DNA of 64,000 nucleotides from Phoronis australis (taxonomy: Eukaryota; Animalia; Phoronida): the NCBI GenBank assembly GCA_002633005.1, contig NMRA01000188.1, positions 62,001-126,000 on the forward strand, given 5' to 3'. The notes under the pieces were generated by a model. The model was given only the letters and a program-made list of their open reading frames with translations, was not told where the DNA came from and searched no databases. Below are positions 40,887 through 54,046 of this stretch, piece after piece (positions within the stretch are counted from its first letter, which is position 1; each line of letters begins with the position of its first letter). The translations under genes and the position numbers were made by a program.

Positions 40887-40916
40887 GTTCCAGAAGGTTC
40901 TAGAATTTTCCTGAAC
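40887..40916. promoter_or_regulatory. Perfect six-unit heat-shock element (nTTCn/nGAAn) upstream of a TATA-like box
   Basis: TTC-ca-GAA-gg-TTC-ta-GAA-tt-TTC-ct-GAA at 40888-40915; TATAAA at 40960-40965. Confidence 0.6.
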
Positions 40917-42829
40917 TCGACCCTGCCCTCTACCACCAAAGAGGTCATCTGCAATCGATATAAAGTAATTCAATTTCATTAAATTTCGTCATCCTGCTAC
41001 ACAGCAATTAACCCATATCATTACCGGCCCATCCAGGCAGCTCATTACAGTCTTCTGCGTGGGAATTATTGCATGCGGACAAATCAAAAGTCGTTGAAGC
41101 AGTGAAAACGTCAATTACATCCCAGTTTGCAACGCATTACACGTATGGCTAAGACAGCAGAAGTTCAGGCACCTCCAGGTTTAAAGCTTTCAGGGCTAAA
41201 ACGTTCCCGTTTAGAAACAGGCTGATTGATGAAACACGTACTGGAGCTCCAATGTCCAATTTTTCAGACGTGATTTTGAGACCAGAAAAGGACCCCAGAT
41301 GGCTGTTTTCGAAAACGTGGTGGGTCAACTTGTATAGCTGACCACAATGCCCTCATTCGACAGTGGATACTAAAAGTACTGTCAGAGACTGTCTCCGAAT
41401 TTGAGAGTGATTTTTCATTACCCAGTTCTTAATTTTCGATTAGATTTCAGAGATAAAACTTTCCAGCTGGAAACAGGCCAATTGTGGTAACATGTACTGG
41501 GGCTTTCTGAAAGAACCCCAACGTCGATTTTTGGAAGTTATTTTGCGTCCCAAAAAGTCTCCAGGAGGATCTTTTAGAAACAAGTGGTGGGCTCTTTCAG
41601 AAACTTGTGTAGCCGACCACAAGGCCTTCATTCAGAAATGGACTTTGAAGCTGCTCTGAGAGGATGTCTGAGAATGAGATTTGAAAATTCCACCAGCCAT
41701 TTGTTACTACTACTTGCTCGTAATTTTCATTGACTTTTATCAACCAATTATTTTACATGATATTTTTGGTGATAAACATTTAAGAATTAACTGAGGACTA
41801 GAAGCAACGACTATATTAAAATATCGGTTACTGATGTTAAATATTATTCAGACTATCTTTGTCGATAAGCGTAGTCTGGAGACGCTCCCGATTAACTTGA
41901 ACTATTTTAAAGATCCTTTAAAAACCCAAATTGGAAAATAATGACAACTTATCCACGTTCCATAGGTATTATGCATCCGAGTGACAGGCACGCAAATGAT
42001 TTGAAAAAACGTTGGGCTTTTTTTCCAGAATTTCATGTCCATGGGGGCTTGTAGATCCTTTATTCTGAAACAGCCCCAACGGGGGCTTTCTCCTGGAGGG
42101 GACTCTTTCGGAAATCTTCGGTAACTTGTATGTTGGTGTATAATTATCATTAAGAATCGGCACCCGAGCTAGGAAGAAATATCCCGATGACCCATATTTG
42201 GCTTGATGTCAAGCTTTGTGGATTTCAGATTTTCTGCGGTAGAATTTTTGGAGTGCGCACTTGCTGCGGCACTCATTCTGAGTGCTTGAGTTTGCAGCTG
42301 CATGATTGAAGTTCATTGACGAATGTCAATAAGGAAGCGTCCTTTTTATAAATGTGCTTTAAATCCAGTGCTCATGTTTATTCACAGAGGATTGAGGTAG
42401 TTGTGCATACAACAAAAATCACTCGACAGCATTACAGCATTGATTTTTGTGCACACATACAACTTTTCAATTTACTTAAGAGTCAGTACAACCTTTACCA
42501 AGTCACAATTGAACTATCCATTAACCACTTATATTTATTGCCATTACCGAGTATGCGAATTTATATCTTTTCCCATCACCTGTAAAGCAGTTAATTATTA
42601 CTAGATATTTAATTTCAAGGCGTTAGAGCTTGACAAATTCACGTTTACAACACACCCACTATACCAAGTTTGAATTACGCAGCTTCTGTTTGAATCTAGG
42701 TGCTGTGCCTCATTCAATTACAGGTATCTCTTATTACAACACATAACTTTAACCAATCGTCTCGGGAGAACCCTACCTAGAATTTGTTTGTTCACGACTA
42801 AACAACTTCAGTACTTACAAAAAGTTAAT

Positions 42830-45737
42830 TTAAAAGTTCAGCAATGCTTCTTCCATGCTCTCGAAGTACTTTGAATCAACGAGAAATTGGCATAATTTAG
42901 AGACCGCGTCACGCCTTGATTCGTCTGAAGTCATGGTTACTACTAGAACTGGGCGCACGTAATTGATGTTATCGTACATCATTTTTGTCACAGTTATCGG
43001 TCCTACATCCAACATCCTGACACCGTATTCCTTTGCGTTTAATAGCATATGCCCGTAAGCTGTTTTCAATTTCTCTCTGCGCCTGACCAAGGTGAAGTAA
43101 TAAGCAGCCAAGTGTCTTTTGGGCGCAATCTTCATCTCCTGAAGAGAAAGTTCAACCCCACAGCGGAGTTTTGCATGTATGATCAGAGGATCATTAGTGT
43201 AGACTTCTTCAAATAATGTAAACAATCTATTTCCTGCAGGACGTGGGTTGATTTCAATTAACCTGGGCGACCCGCCACCTTTGATACGTATAAATTCGGC
43301 GTTGTAGATACCGTGGCGAAGACCGACAGCCAGACAGCACTGATACGAAGCTTCGATCAATTCCTCATGCACTTTCGTTGAAGCGCCGGGAATGATGACT
43401 GAAGTGTTCCAAAATTCCGGAAGTGGGGGAGGGCCTCTCTCAACAACAAAGCCACCAACAAGTTTTCCTTTCGAAATCGTCACGTCAATTCCATACTTGA
43501 TACCATCCAGATATTCCATTACGAGTACCTGAAGTAAATAGAGATCTTAAGTTAACGACTCGGTATTCGTTAGGTGGCGCTAATAAAAAATCACGTTTTT
43601 ATTAAGGTAAAAATCTGAGTAGTGTTCCTCCAGGGAAAAGCTTATTTGATAACGTGCTGCGCTTGACAATATCTGGTGATCTTGTGTTTTGTGAGATTTT
43701 TGTGTCCATAGAACGCGATCACGATCAGTGGCACTGAAGGCACCTGTGTTGTTGTGTGTCTCTTGTGATTCAATGCGAGTACATGTATTTCGTTGAGTAT
43801 GACTCTCATTCAAAGAAACATCTAGTAAAATTCTATTTTTCTCATTATGTTTTAAGTTTGGCCCTACTAAAAAATCAATGAGCTCCACAAAAATTGCCCA
43901 TCCATTTAGAACTACATGATTCACGAGCAAAAAGGTTTTCAAAAGACAGAAAACTCCTTTGTTTACCGAGTCCTCTCGAACTGAGTGACATAAAACTTAG
44001 ACTATGGCTTAAATGGTACGAGAACTATAAGAAACTTGTTAGCATCGAACTGTCTTTCGCTGTTTCTGCCGATAGCTTGCTGTAGTGTATGATTAGAAGT
44101 ACGTAACTACCTATAAATTTACCACACCATCTAACCTAAAGCACTGAAAATCACACCTTACCGACTGAGTTTGCGCCAGTTTTTCACACGCTGCTGTTCC
44201 ATATGTCATACCAGTGGTCAGTTCACTGAAGAATTCCAAACACTTGGCCGTGTCGTAGAGAACTTTGCAACCGACAGAGCCGCTTCCACACAGGGGCTTC
44301 ATGACAACAGGTAACGTTAATTTGGCTAACGCTGCCAGTAATTCTTTCTCAGTGTTTACAGAGTAACTAGGCACGCCATACTGAAATAAAATGAGACTGC
44401 TGCTGATATATCTAGATGACAATTCGGATAAATTCAAATTGGGAGGAAGTGTGTGGAGGGTTATCCTACTGGCCTTTTAAACAAGTCTGATATATGATTA
44501 TAATGCCAAACTCCTCTGTTCACCAAGTTCCAGTCACCGGTGACGGCAAACATGACTATCCAGAAAGATGGAACAAGTCAGTCGGCCTGCATATAGGCCT
44601 AGCTGCTTTCCGTTGGCAAGTTGCTTGTCTGTCTTGGGAAATTCAAGCAAGTAGGCCACTGACAACTATTGTAACGAGGTATGCGACAGCCATAACTATG
44701 CCTTTGGCTGTGCATTCCTAACTCTCACTCCGGTCGTCACTGGGTCTTTCCCCGATTGTAATCCCTTAGATTTCTTCCATGGAATTCTCAGATTGTTGCT
44801 TGTGAATTTACTCACTATAAAGTATGGCCTTCCTCTGCCTAGTTATGTTTTTGAACTAAATATCTACTCACCTTCGCACTTTCTGGGGTTCTAAGCACGC
44901 ATTCCTGAGTAAGATCCTTCAGGAAACACGCCATGGAACTTTCGTAGCTGTCCCCCGGAATGCCGAGTTTTTCACAAACGTAATTTCCAACTACGCTCGG
45001 GAATTCGCCAAAGAAGAAGCCAGCATTTGCCTGAAGATAATATAGGATATCTTGTAAACCACCAGATGCAACGCTTGCAAAGTGGCATTTTGTGTTTTAT
45101 CGCCATGACGTACAGGACTGGCTTCAGCGGGTTTCTTTTCTACTTGAAATCTGTGTCGGGAACAGTCGTGCATTAAAAGCGGAACAGTTTTGAAAATGGC
45201 TGTATACAAAATGTGCGCAATTTTTTACGTCCCACAACTTTTCGGTGCAGTCAACTGTTCGGTAGGCCTACTCTCTGTATATTTTTCACAATAATAGAAA
45301 AGCGTTATATAATGAAAACAAATATTTAAGCCTGGGACGTTCTGTTCATGATTTTCTTAGAGTAACTTAGAACTTCCGTCCATATATTGAGGTCTAAGTC
45401 CTAATCATTTGTAATAAGCAATCACTTACGTTGATATTCTTCTCTTTCAGCCATTTGATTATTCCGGCACTGACCTCTTCAACCGTACGGCCATCTTCTT
45501 TTTCGTGGATCAGGCCGTCAACATTAAACTCATCAACGATTCCCAAAGCCTTCATTTTTTACACCAGGAGCGGTTCTCTTCGTTATTTTGAAATATCACA
45601 CAAAGTGATTTAAGTCCCATTCTCTTTATTTTAGCCCAGAAAGATATTTGCATCTCTTCATCTGTAGTTATGAAGGTTCGGTTTCGAATACACAAAAGCG
45701 TTTTGTCACCTAGAGGTCCAAAGGGTTTGTTCTCCAT
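42830..45737 (-). CDS. ATP-grasp amino-acid/peptide ligase similar to the C-terminal half of carnosine synthase 1. Exons 45737-45430, 45030-44872, 44380-44162, 43528-42830; ~460 aa; 1-bp frameshift in exon 1
   Basis: All introns are GT-AG and phase 0. Motifs: CEKLGIPGDSYE, LPVVMKPLCGSGSVGC, VLVMEYLDG, YQCCLAVGLRHGIYNAE, PRLIEINPRPAG. Exons 2-4 are open (159, 219, 699 bp); exon 1 is 308 bp from the ATG, one base short at the A6 run 45555-45560. Confidence 0.85.
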
Positions 45738-46169
45738 GGCTGGAATATTGAAATACATTAATTACCATTAGTTGAACCACCTGGTGCCTGATTTGACACT
45801 ACAAGAAAGTAGCGTAGTATACATTACATGCCAATAACATCTCCCATAGAATTCGTAAGATTAAAGGGGTCCAGACATCAAAATACAACAAAATGGAAGT
45901 TTAACTTTTAGGGATAATTGAAGCTATAACCACAAGACCGTATTGGAGGGTGGGTGCGGGGGGCACGGGAGTGCGATCGAGATGCTGCCCCCAGGAAAAG
46001 TTCCAGCTCTATCCTTCCTGCTACGTTACCAATAGGTTATCCTTAAAATTCAGCCCCTGTAGCTTAGAAACAATGTTTATCCGAGTTTTCTTTCAAAAAA
46101 TCCCGTCGTTGGCACTGCTCCCTGTTCACAACATTCTGTAACAAATGGCTTAGATCTATCTCTGGTCTA

Positions 46170-46830
46170 TGATAATGCAGTTGGTGCAACACCTCAAAGA
46201 ATGTGGAAGTTATTGAGAGCAATTTGGAAATCAGGAACATTCCAAAGCGCGTGGGACAGGACCGAGGGTTGTTTCACTTCGAAGAAAGCAACGACAAAGG
46301 TAATGGAGGACTTTCGACCAATTTATCTTCTCTGCCATAGTGTAGCGACAGATGGTAGCATATGCATTGGGAAATGGATATATCAGCCCCCAGGCGCTGA
46401 AAAGGGGGATTTCAGGTTACTCTGGCTGTACAAGTAACACAATCATGCTTTCAACACTCATCAGAGAATACAAGCAACAAGCTAAAGATTTGGCGACCAT
46501 ATGGCTGGATTTAAAGAGCGCTTACAGATCTATACCTCATCTGTCAATAGAATTAGCCATGAGGACGCCTGAAATACCAGAGAAAGTTCATCTACTTATT
46601 CTCAACTGCTTTTAGAGAATACGGATGAGATTAACTGAGAAAGACTTCACGACGAACTGGCAGCCATTGGAAATGGGAACTGTGATCCTGTGCACCTTAT
46701 CCATTTTATTGTTCGTGATAGGGATAAACACCTTACTAGAAAGAGCCAGTAAGGAATTCAGAGGTCCACTTTTCCAAGGGTGAGGACTACCAGTGATCAT
46801 GGCATTCGTGGACGACCTAAGCCTTACTAC
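46170..46830 (+). mobile_element. RT fragment of an RLE-type non-LTR retrotransposon (Hero/NeSL-like)
   Basis: WKLLRAIWK..EGCF..K..FRPI, GISGYSGC, LATIWLDLKSAYRSIPH, FTTNWQPLEMG..CTLSILLF, AFVDDL; frameshifted. Confidence 0.8.
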
Positions 46831-48024
46831 CAGCTTCACCCTTGTAGCAGCATGGCTGAAGAAGTTTTTTTTCGGGTATTTTATCATTTATATACACAAA
46901 AGGTACCGAGAGTGGCGTACATGAAGTAATATCCCACGAGACATTATTCCGCGTTTCGACCGAGAAAATGATGACATTGAATTCATTGGAGAAGCGTTGG
47001 AAATACATGTTGTTCATATGTAGGTTGTAATATAAAATCTTTATCAATTTCAAAATGGTTAAAAGTATGTTGTTCTTTTAGTAGGAGTTCAGAGTATAGT
47101 AGTATGCATTCTGGCCGAGAGGAGGCGCTGCTTTCTTGTGTCTGTCTCCCCACCTCACGTCCTAATATGTTTCACTTTTCTTGTCCAGTAACTTCAAATG
47201 AACAGACCCCAATCAAATTATTCAGTATTTGCCTAGTATTGTTGTTTTTTGAAAAACGGTTTTCTGTGCCAAATTTTGCAAAAACTCAAATTCTCAAGTA
47301 CGTGCAAGTCAAACCTTGGAAACTTTTTAGATTCAGTTTTGTCAGTTCCTCAAATTCTCCACAAAAAAATATTACGCTCTGCCGGAAACGACATTTGTAA
47401 TATGTGTAGGTCTTTGTTTTTATTTGATCACGTTGTTTGTTTTTGGCTTTCAAACTTGCCGAATAGTCTCTCTTATCTGCAAAATACAGGAAAAAGCCAG
47501 TCGAGCTCACTGCCCAACTCACTGGTTCTGCAAGTCAGCACTTGTTCTGTGTTCAGATCTAGTCGAGCTAGTGTATACCGGGTCGAGGGTGTTTTGGGTC
47601 GTAGGTCGTGGCGTCGAGGGAGCCCTGGGTCAAGGGGATCGAGGGCTGTGGGGGTCGAGGGGTGGAAGGGGTCTTAGACACTTCACCCTAAGTCCTTTAT
47701 TTGATAGCAAGCAATGTCACCGAAACAAACGAACACAAGTGCGCGCACGCGCTGCGCAACATGACTTGCGTGATTAGTCATGTTATAACCCAGCGGTGCA
47801 TTCGACGAATTTTTTTCATACTCATATCAATTTGCCATAAAAAGTAATCTAGTTCTCAGCACGAAATAAGTCAACATACCTTAATGATAAAGAGACACCT
47901 CGAGAGCAGGATTCCACCAGCGGTTAAGATCAAAATGTCAATTGCAATTTGAGCAACGTAATATATTTATTGCTGATCGTAATACTGGTAATCAAACTGA
48001 GCTGTGAATATTAAATTATGGTAG

Positions 48025-51000
48025 AGGGGTAATCAATAATATTTATTATTCATTTATTTATGCAATATTTACAATGAGGGTAGCCCCATCATTTCACACT
48101 GCTTTCCATGGGGCCCTCAGTAATAAACAAGCAGATAGTAAGACAAAAACAGAATTACAAAATGAAAGACAAATTTAAGTTATATGCAAAGAATAAGAAA
48201 TTAACACGGAAAGACTGATTAAGCAAAATAAAAAATAAAATACTATAAATAGAAGATAAAGAAATTAAGACAAGATAATTAAGTAAAAAATAGATATAAA
48301 TATAAAAAATTAAAACAGACAATAAATAATTAATAAAAATAAGACATTATATAAATAAGAAATGAATAAACATGCAATTCTTAGACACTACATGAAGTTA
48401 AATCTATTGATTATAATTCTTTTAAGAGCCACTGCATGAGAACGTCAGGCAATTTGCAATATTATAGGAACATGACATGTCACGAATTTTAAATTCGATA
48501 TAGTACATATATCACTTGGGGTGAATTATCTACAAAAATATAAAAATTAGTTTTGTCATTCGTCAGTTTGTAAATATATAACTAATAACTAAATCGGGTG
48601 AAAAAATGGCCTAACCCCTTGTGCGCGACTGATGAAAATGCCCTATGTTTCCATGGGAATTAAGCCACTTTGCGGGCGTTTAAAAAATAAAAATTTGATT
48701 GAGTTATACACAACAATTCTTTTTGTAATTGAGAATGCCCAAAATAATTCAGAATGACGTATTTTGATATTTTAAGGAACTTTTGAATGCCTTGCCTCCA
48801 CGGGTCAAATACAGCTACCAATTTAGACCTATATAGAGGCCTAAGTAATTCAAGCGCGCAAAAACGCACACCACTCACACATGGGTTCTGTGATAGCTAC
48901 AGCTCTCGTCTTTGACAAGATATCATTATTTCCGTGGACAGCACCTTTTTTAATTCTCGAATTTACACTTTAGAGAAGGCACTTTCACCACTTTCACCTG
49001 TTTCATACTGCCGCCAATAGAGGGCGGCAAAGCAGAAATTATGAAAAATATGATCCATATTGGAAGTAAATCGTAATAAAAATTCATATTAATTGTTTCG
49101 AGCGTTCTTTTAGCAAAATATTGCGTTATTGACATTTAGCTAAGAAACGGAATGAGGTTCACGAAAATAGGTCACGCTCTGAAGGGAAATGGCAAAGCCA
49201 GCGAGCCGCTGTGTTATTTACAACAAAGATATTGTCAAATACCTGAAAAGTGTCAACGCAGTAGATCACTTGGAAGAATGGGAGTTGATTGGCAATCTGG
49301 CACGAATGGGAGTGTGAGAGAACTGGCCAGCCTGTTAGAACAAAAGATCATATGTCCAAAGCACCATATGTGGTAGCCAGCCAGCTAGCTGTATGAAGAC
49401 TGTCGTCAAAATACAGCTAGGTCCCACTATGTGTATTTTTCCGTAGACCCCGAAATTGCACACAGCCTGGGTAGTTCTGCTCGTCACCGCGCCGTGAAAC
49501 TTGTATGAACATGTAAAGCTAAAAACCGGACGGTGTGCATGCAAAATCTGGGAGTCAACCGACACTCACCTTTCCCGTTACAGCCGTTTAAGTGAAAAAC
49601 AATGCAATAAACGTCATTTTCTTGTGTAACTCTCCGCCTTTTCTAACAATGAAAAGTATTTATTTCGTCGTTTTGAAAACAGTACGCTCGTGTCACACGC
49701 ACGCGCCATTTCCTAAATTTTTGCGACATCTCTAGGGTGATGATGATAGCTTGGCAGCAGCAAAATTTCTTCTGAAATTCGATTTTTCGGTATCAAAATT
49801 CTAAAAACTTATAATGAAGTGAAACCAGTTCTGATAATTTGTTGTGACGTGTACGCAAGCTCGTGGAAGAACAACAGTTGATTGAAGAATCGGCGAAAAA
49901 AGAAACTGGCGAATAGGTGACGCAATATTTCACGGCGCCGAAAGCCGTCGCTAAAGATCGCTCCACAACTTTAGCAGCAGAATAACGGTAGAACGCCATT
50001 TTTGCCAACACCGTTAAATAATTTAGTTTACTCAAGGAAGACTGTAGTTTTTAATGACACCAATTTTGTGTCAGATTTTATCTTGCCACTTTTTACCCAC
50101 ATCGGTGCAAAGCTGTATATTTATATACAGCTTTGTACCACGCTACGTATGTGGCAGTATCTGGGTTGTAAGCCAAGGTGTACGTTTGCAGCCTCAGGAA
50201 TGCAAAGGATGTTCACCACTCAATCCCAGGACTACGTCAACTGAATAACTTCTCATTTGAAGGTGAGCTACGTAACAAGTCATATTTTTTCTCAGAAATC
50301 TCACTGTGATTAGTCATACCATCTGTGAACTAGTTTCAGCTGCGTATGAGGTCTGAAACAAAAGTGATGGAATGGAATATTCTTTCATAATTGATTTTTA
50401 AAAAGTACTTACGACTAAGTTACCTATTTCAAATAGAAAAGTGGTTGCTTGGAAAGCATATGGGATCGGAGATGGGGTGGTTTTGGAGAATCCTGCTTCT
50501 GATTGCAAACCTGTGGAACTAGTGGTTGAGGAATGTCATGTTGAATCCTCATTGAGACCTTTCACTAGTTTCAGCAATCGAAAGATGAAGATATTCCTGT
50601 ATCCAAAAGATGGCTGTAACAACACTTTTGCCTCTTGAAACGAACTCAAGCAGCAAGTTAGCATGGGCTGGCATGATAAACAGCCAACAGCACTTGAAGA
50701 TAATCGCTGATGTGGAGAGAAAGTGGGTTGCCAAAGTCACTGGTTTTCAAGGTGACGTTCATGATCTAACAGTATGCTCGTTGAACTCAATTTGGCATCA
50801 CAAATCCATAAGTTTGACATATAACCTTTGTTGTGCATTTTAGTCACTGACTGTTCCTATTTGACTTAATAGTCAACATGGAAATGCAGTGTGTGATGTT
50901 CTATATTACAACCCAACAAAAAGTGAAGCTGTTGTGGAACATGCTACTCAACAGCCTATGCAGCCATGGCTTGGACATTCGCACAAATTTAGGCTGGATT

Positions 51001-52690
51001 TTTTTGACGTGGATTAATGTATCAATAAGACCACTCAAACAGCACAACTCTCTCACTTATGACCACAGCATTTGGATTTTGTAAGCTCATTTTGTGAATT
51101 CACAAAACATGGCTACCCATCCAAAAAGCATGGCACCTGGTGTTGCATCCAGCTTCGTCACCTTTAAACACTCCTCACACACTCTTCCCTGAGTCATGCA
51201 CGTGATTCTTAGTCACGTGAGTTACACGCTTGGGCGCGCCCTAAAATATTGACTTTGCACTGCGTAATGATTACAACTTGCTCAACAAAAGGTAAACCGG
51301 TGCGCCATCTGATGAGCAGCAGAAAAATTACTACCCGGAAGATTTTCATCTTTAGAGGATCAGTGCTCCCCCGTGGGTCTTCGGTACTTAAAACCATTCA
51401 ATCAAGTACGATTTTTGGCTTGTCTCGTGTTAATATACGTTCCTATTTTTTCGGAGGCACCTAACGTTACTAGACGTCAAGCAGACATTACAGGACCGAT
51501 CGTTTTGAGGCCGTAATTTCAGCTTTAATTGTAAAGTTCTGAGCACTAGCCGCAAGAATTTTAATGTAATTCCGATTTCGAGCTTTGAAAAATCTTAACG
51601 ATCTTGTTGACATCGTTTTTTGTTACTCATAAATGTTTAGAACTTTGTTGGTTTGTTAATGGGAGTGTAACAGTAGTGGCGAACAGGACGACCGATATCA
51701 GCGAAGTGGGTGGTTTCAATCAAAGCATGCAGGACACACAGGTCGCTGTCCACGAATGTTTTAATAGGTATGTACTCTACAAAGGCTCAGCTTTCACATG
51801 TAATATGTTACATTTCTGACTGTTTTTGCGCGGTAAAAGAAATAACGATCGAATAAAGGGCATTTCCACCAGTTACACAGCTTGACTCAGGTGGGTTGAA
51901 TAAGTAACAAAAATAGCTAATTTGCGAATACGTTTCAACTATGAGTTTTACATTTTCATGTAGACATAAGTTGTGTTTATTCAGTATGTCATTCTTAGTT
52001 TCTGTTAATTTGTCGTTGTTGCACAGTGATGCAACAAAAATGCTAAAATTTGATGGTTTCCGAAGCCATAAACTAGCCAAAAATTTCGAGGGGGCAGTTT
52101 TCTGTGAAGAAGTTAGATATTTTAAATAAAATTATTTTAGGTGTTGACCATTCCACCTAATAGTAAAAATAAACTATATTTCAAAAAAAAATCCGTGACA
52201 TGACATGTTCCCGCATCTGCCTGACTTTCTCATGCAGTGACTCTTAAAGGTTACAAAGGATGATGTAGATATGGCATCTGCAGGAAGAGAGTTCCATAAA
52301 AAGGGCCCGCTGTAGGAAAATGATTTTTCCCAGTTTCGCTTCTGCGTTTAGGAAGATTGAAATCAGATGATGATGATGATGAGGACCTAGTATTGTAGCG
52401 ATTAGTAGACATCTTAAACTTAGGCTAAGCACATAAGTAAGATGGGACAAGACCTTTAAAACATTTGTACATACAACAAGCAGATAGGAATTGATGTCTT
52501 GTGTGAATTTTCATTATACCAGTCTTATTACTAAGTTTTTCGATTTTAATATCTCTAACACCAGTTCCCAGAATAATCCGGGCAGCCCTATTTTGGATAA
52601 CCTGGATGGTTTTCATATCCTTGCCTGATGCAACTCCCCACACCGGGAGGCAGTAATCTAGGTGAGGTTGAATGATAGCATTAAAAAGGG
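48025..52690 (-). mobile_element. 5'-truncated L2/CR1 LINE (RT C-terminus and AT-rich 3' tail) split by a Sola3 insertion
   Basis: IIQPHLDYCLPVWG..IQNRAARIILG..MYKCFKGLVPSYL (52690-52430) and NTRS..SFSYSGPFLWNSLP (52395-52250). The frame resumes below 48421, and an (AAT)-rich tail ends at ~48040. Absent from copy A. Confidence 0.8.
48426..52243 (+). mobile_element. Sola3-type DNA transposon, deletion derivative (3.8 kb)
   Basis: TTAA TSD (48422-48425, 52244-52247), GAG...CTC termini, TIR gagccactgcatgagaacgtcaggca vs reverse complement gagtcactgcatgagaaagtcaggca. Transposase relic LNNFSFE|intron|VVAWKAYGIGDG...YPKDGCNNTF (50240-50640). Confidence 0.7.
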
Positions 52691-52811
52691 TTCAAGCAAA
52701 ATACCTTATCACACAAATTCTGCTTACGTACAACACTGCTATTCCAACTGTGAACAGCAGACACACACGTCAACGTGACTGGAAACAAAATCCGAGTTTA
52801 AAGTCCTGCTC

Positions 52812-54046
52812 TCAAACTTTGATGTAAAACCCTTAAAAATACACCGAGTTCTTATAAAAACGTGTTGTTTTATTTCGCAGTTCCGGATTTATTGGTATTT
52901 GGACACACGGTAGCCTACAAAGTTCCGGCGGCAGGCCAATATACCAAGGCCCGTAGCAGGAGTTTGGCCTTTCGGAGATAAATTCGAAGTATTCTTCCGT
53001 GAAATACAGACAGGAGAACCTAGATCTGTGTTGTTTATACGTGTGTTTTTTTTTTAGGTCTAAACACACAAAACGCTTGTTATCCCGGCCAGTGGCTCGA
53101 AGTCAGGGCAAAGGTTGTACAATAACAATGATTTGAATAATGTATTTGTATTTCTAAATAAAGATCCCCCTTACATGTGACCATAGCATATAAAATCGAG
53201 TAATTGTTTCACAACAACTTTCTGTCAGCAAACACTGAATTAGCATGCACTCATACGGCCTCGGTGCTCGGTCAATTACCTTTGTTGCCGGTAACGCAGT
53301 GGTTTATTCATTGCTGGCTTCTCAACATTTGCACTTACGAATACTGCAAAGGCATTACAAGTATTGACGTTGTGGACCTTTTGATAACAAACAGGCGAAA
53401 TGAGGGATGGGGGGCTCGAATGAGCCCCCCCCGAGTCCCCCCCCTCTGGGTGCGCGAATGTAAACGTCTACATGACAACTCGCCCGACGCCAATCCCGCC
53501 TTAGTCAAGAGCTCATCTGACGAAGACTTCACGGGTCGGATCGTTAGGTTCTACAGGCTATCAGTTCTAACCGGAATACACTGATCAAGAAATACTAGAG
53601 AGGCGCCGTGAACATATGCACAGGCAACGGAACGTATGGATAGTTCTTTGGTAAGACAAAATTCGTCAGAGAAATCAATGCCGACCAAATGCTGGCTACA
53701 GACACGGAGATGTTTCACGGCCTCATACTTGCTATTAACAGCATACCTTTCATTCTTCACTATCGCGAGCCACTTCGTAAGCATTTCGAGCTCTCCAGGA
53801 AGTCGAAAAAACGATATTCCAGCTTTTTTCGTAGCTTCATAGTTCGGACAAGCGGGAACGATGCACCGCAATATAGCGGCATTCACTCTGCAGACGAACC
53901 ACTGACTTCGCTTCGTCGTTTCTCACCTTCTTCATAGGTTAACTCGACACCTCTCGGCAAGGTGAGGTCGACTGTATAAGAGGCGATGTGGATATAGACA
54001 GATTAAGACGGTAAAAAAGATTAATTAAATCGGGTGGCATTCTCCT
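52812..54046 (-). mobile_element. Non-autonomous Kolobok-type THAP element, 3'-truncated
   Basis: ORF 53551..53886 is a THAP domain (RCIVPACPN..SFFRLP..KW..LRVCSQH). Terminus gggtggcattctcct|TTAA at 54032-54050. Absent from copy A at ~6420-6450. Confidence 0.78.

Noticed and set aside
42830-45737. Bacterial contamination or recent horizontal transfer of an L-amino-acid ligase
   Set aside because: It has three spliceosomal introns, motifs closer to animal CARNS1, and an in-window paralog. The CARNS1 symbol is withheld because orthology is not shown.
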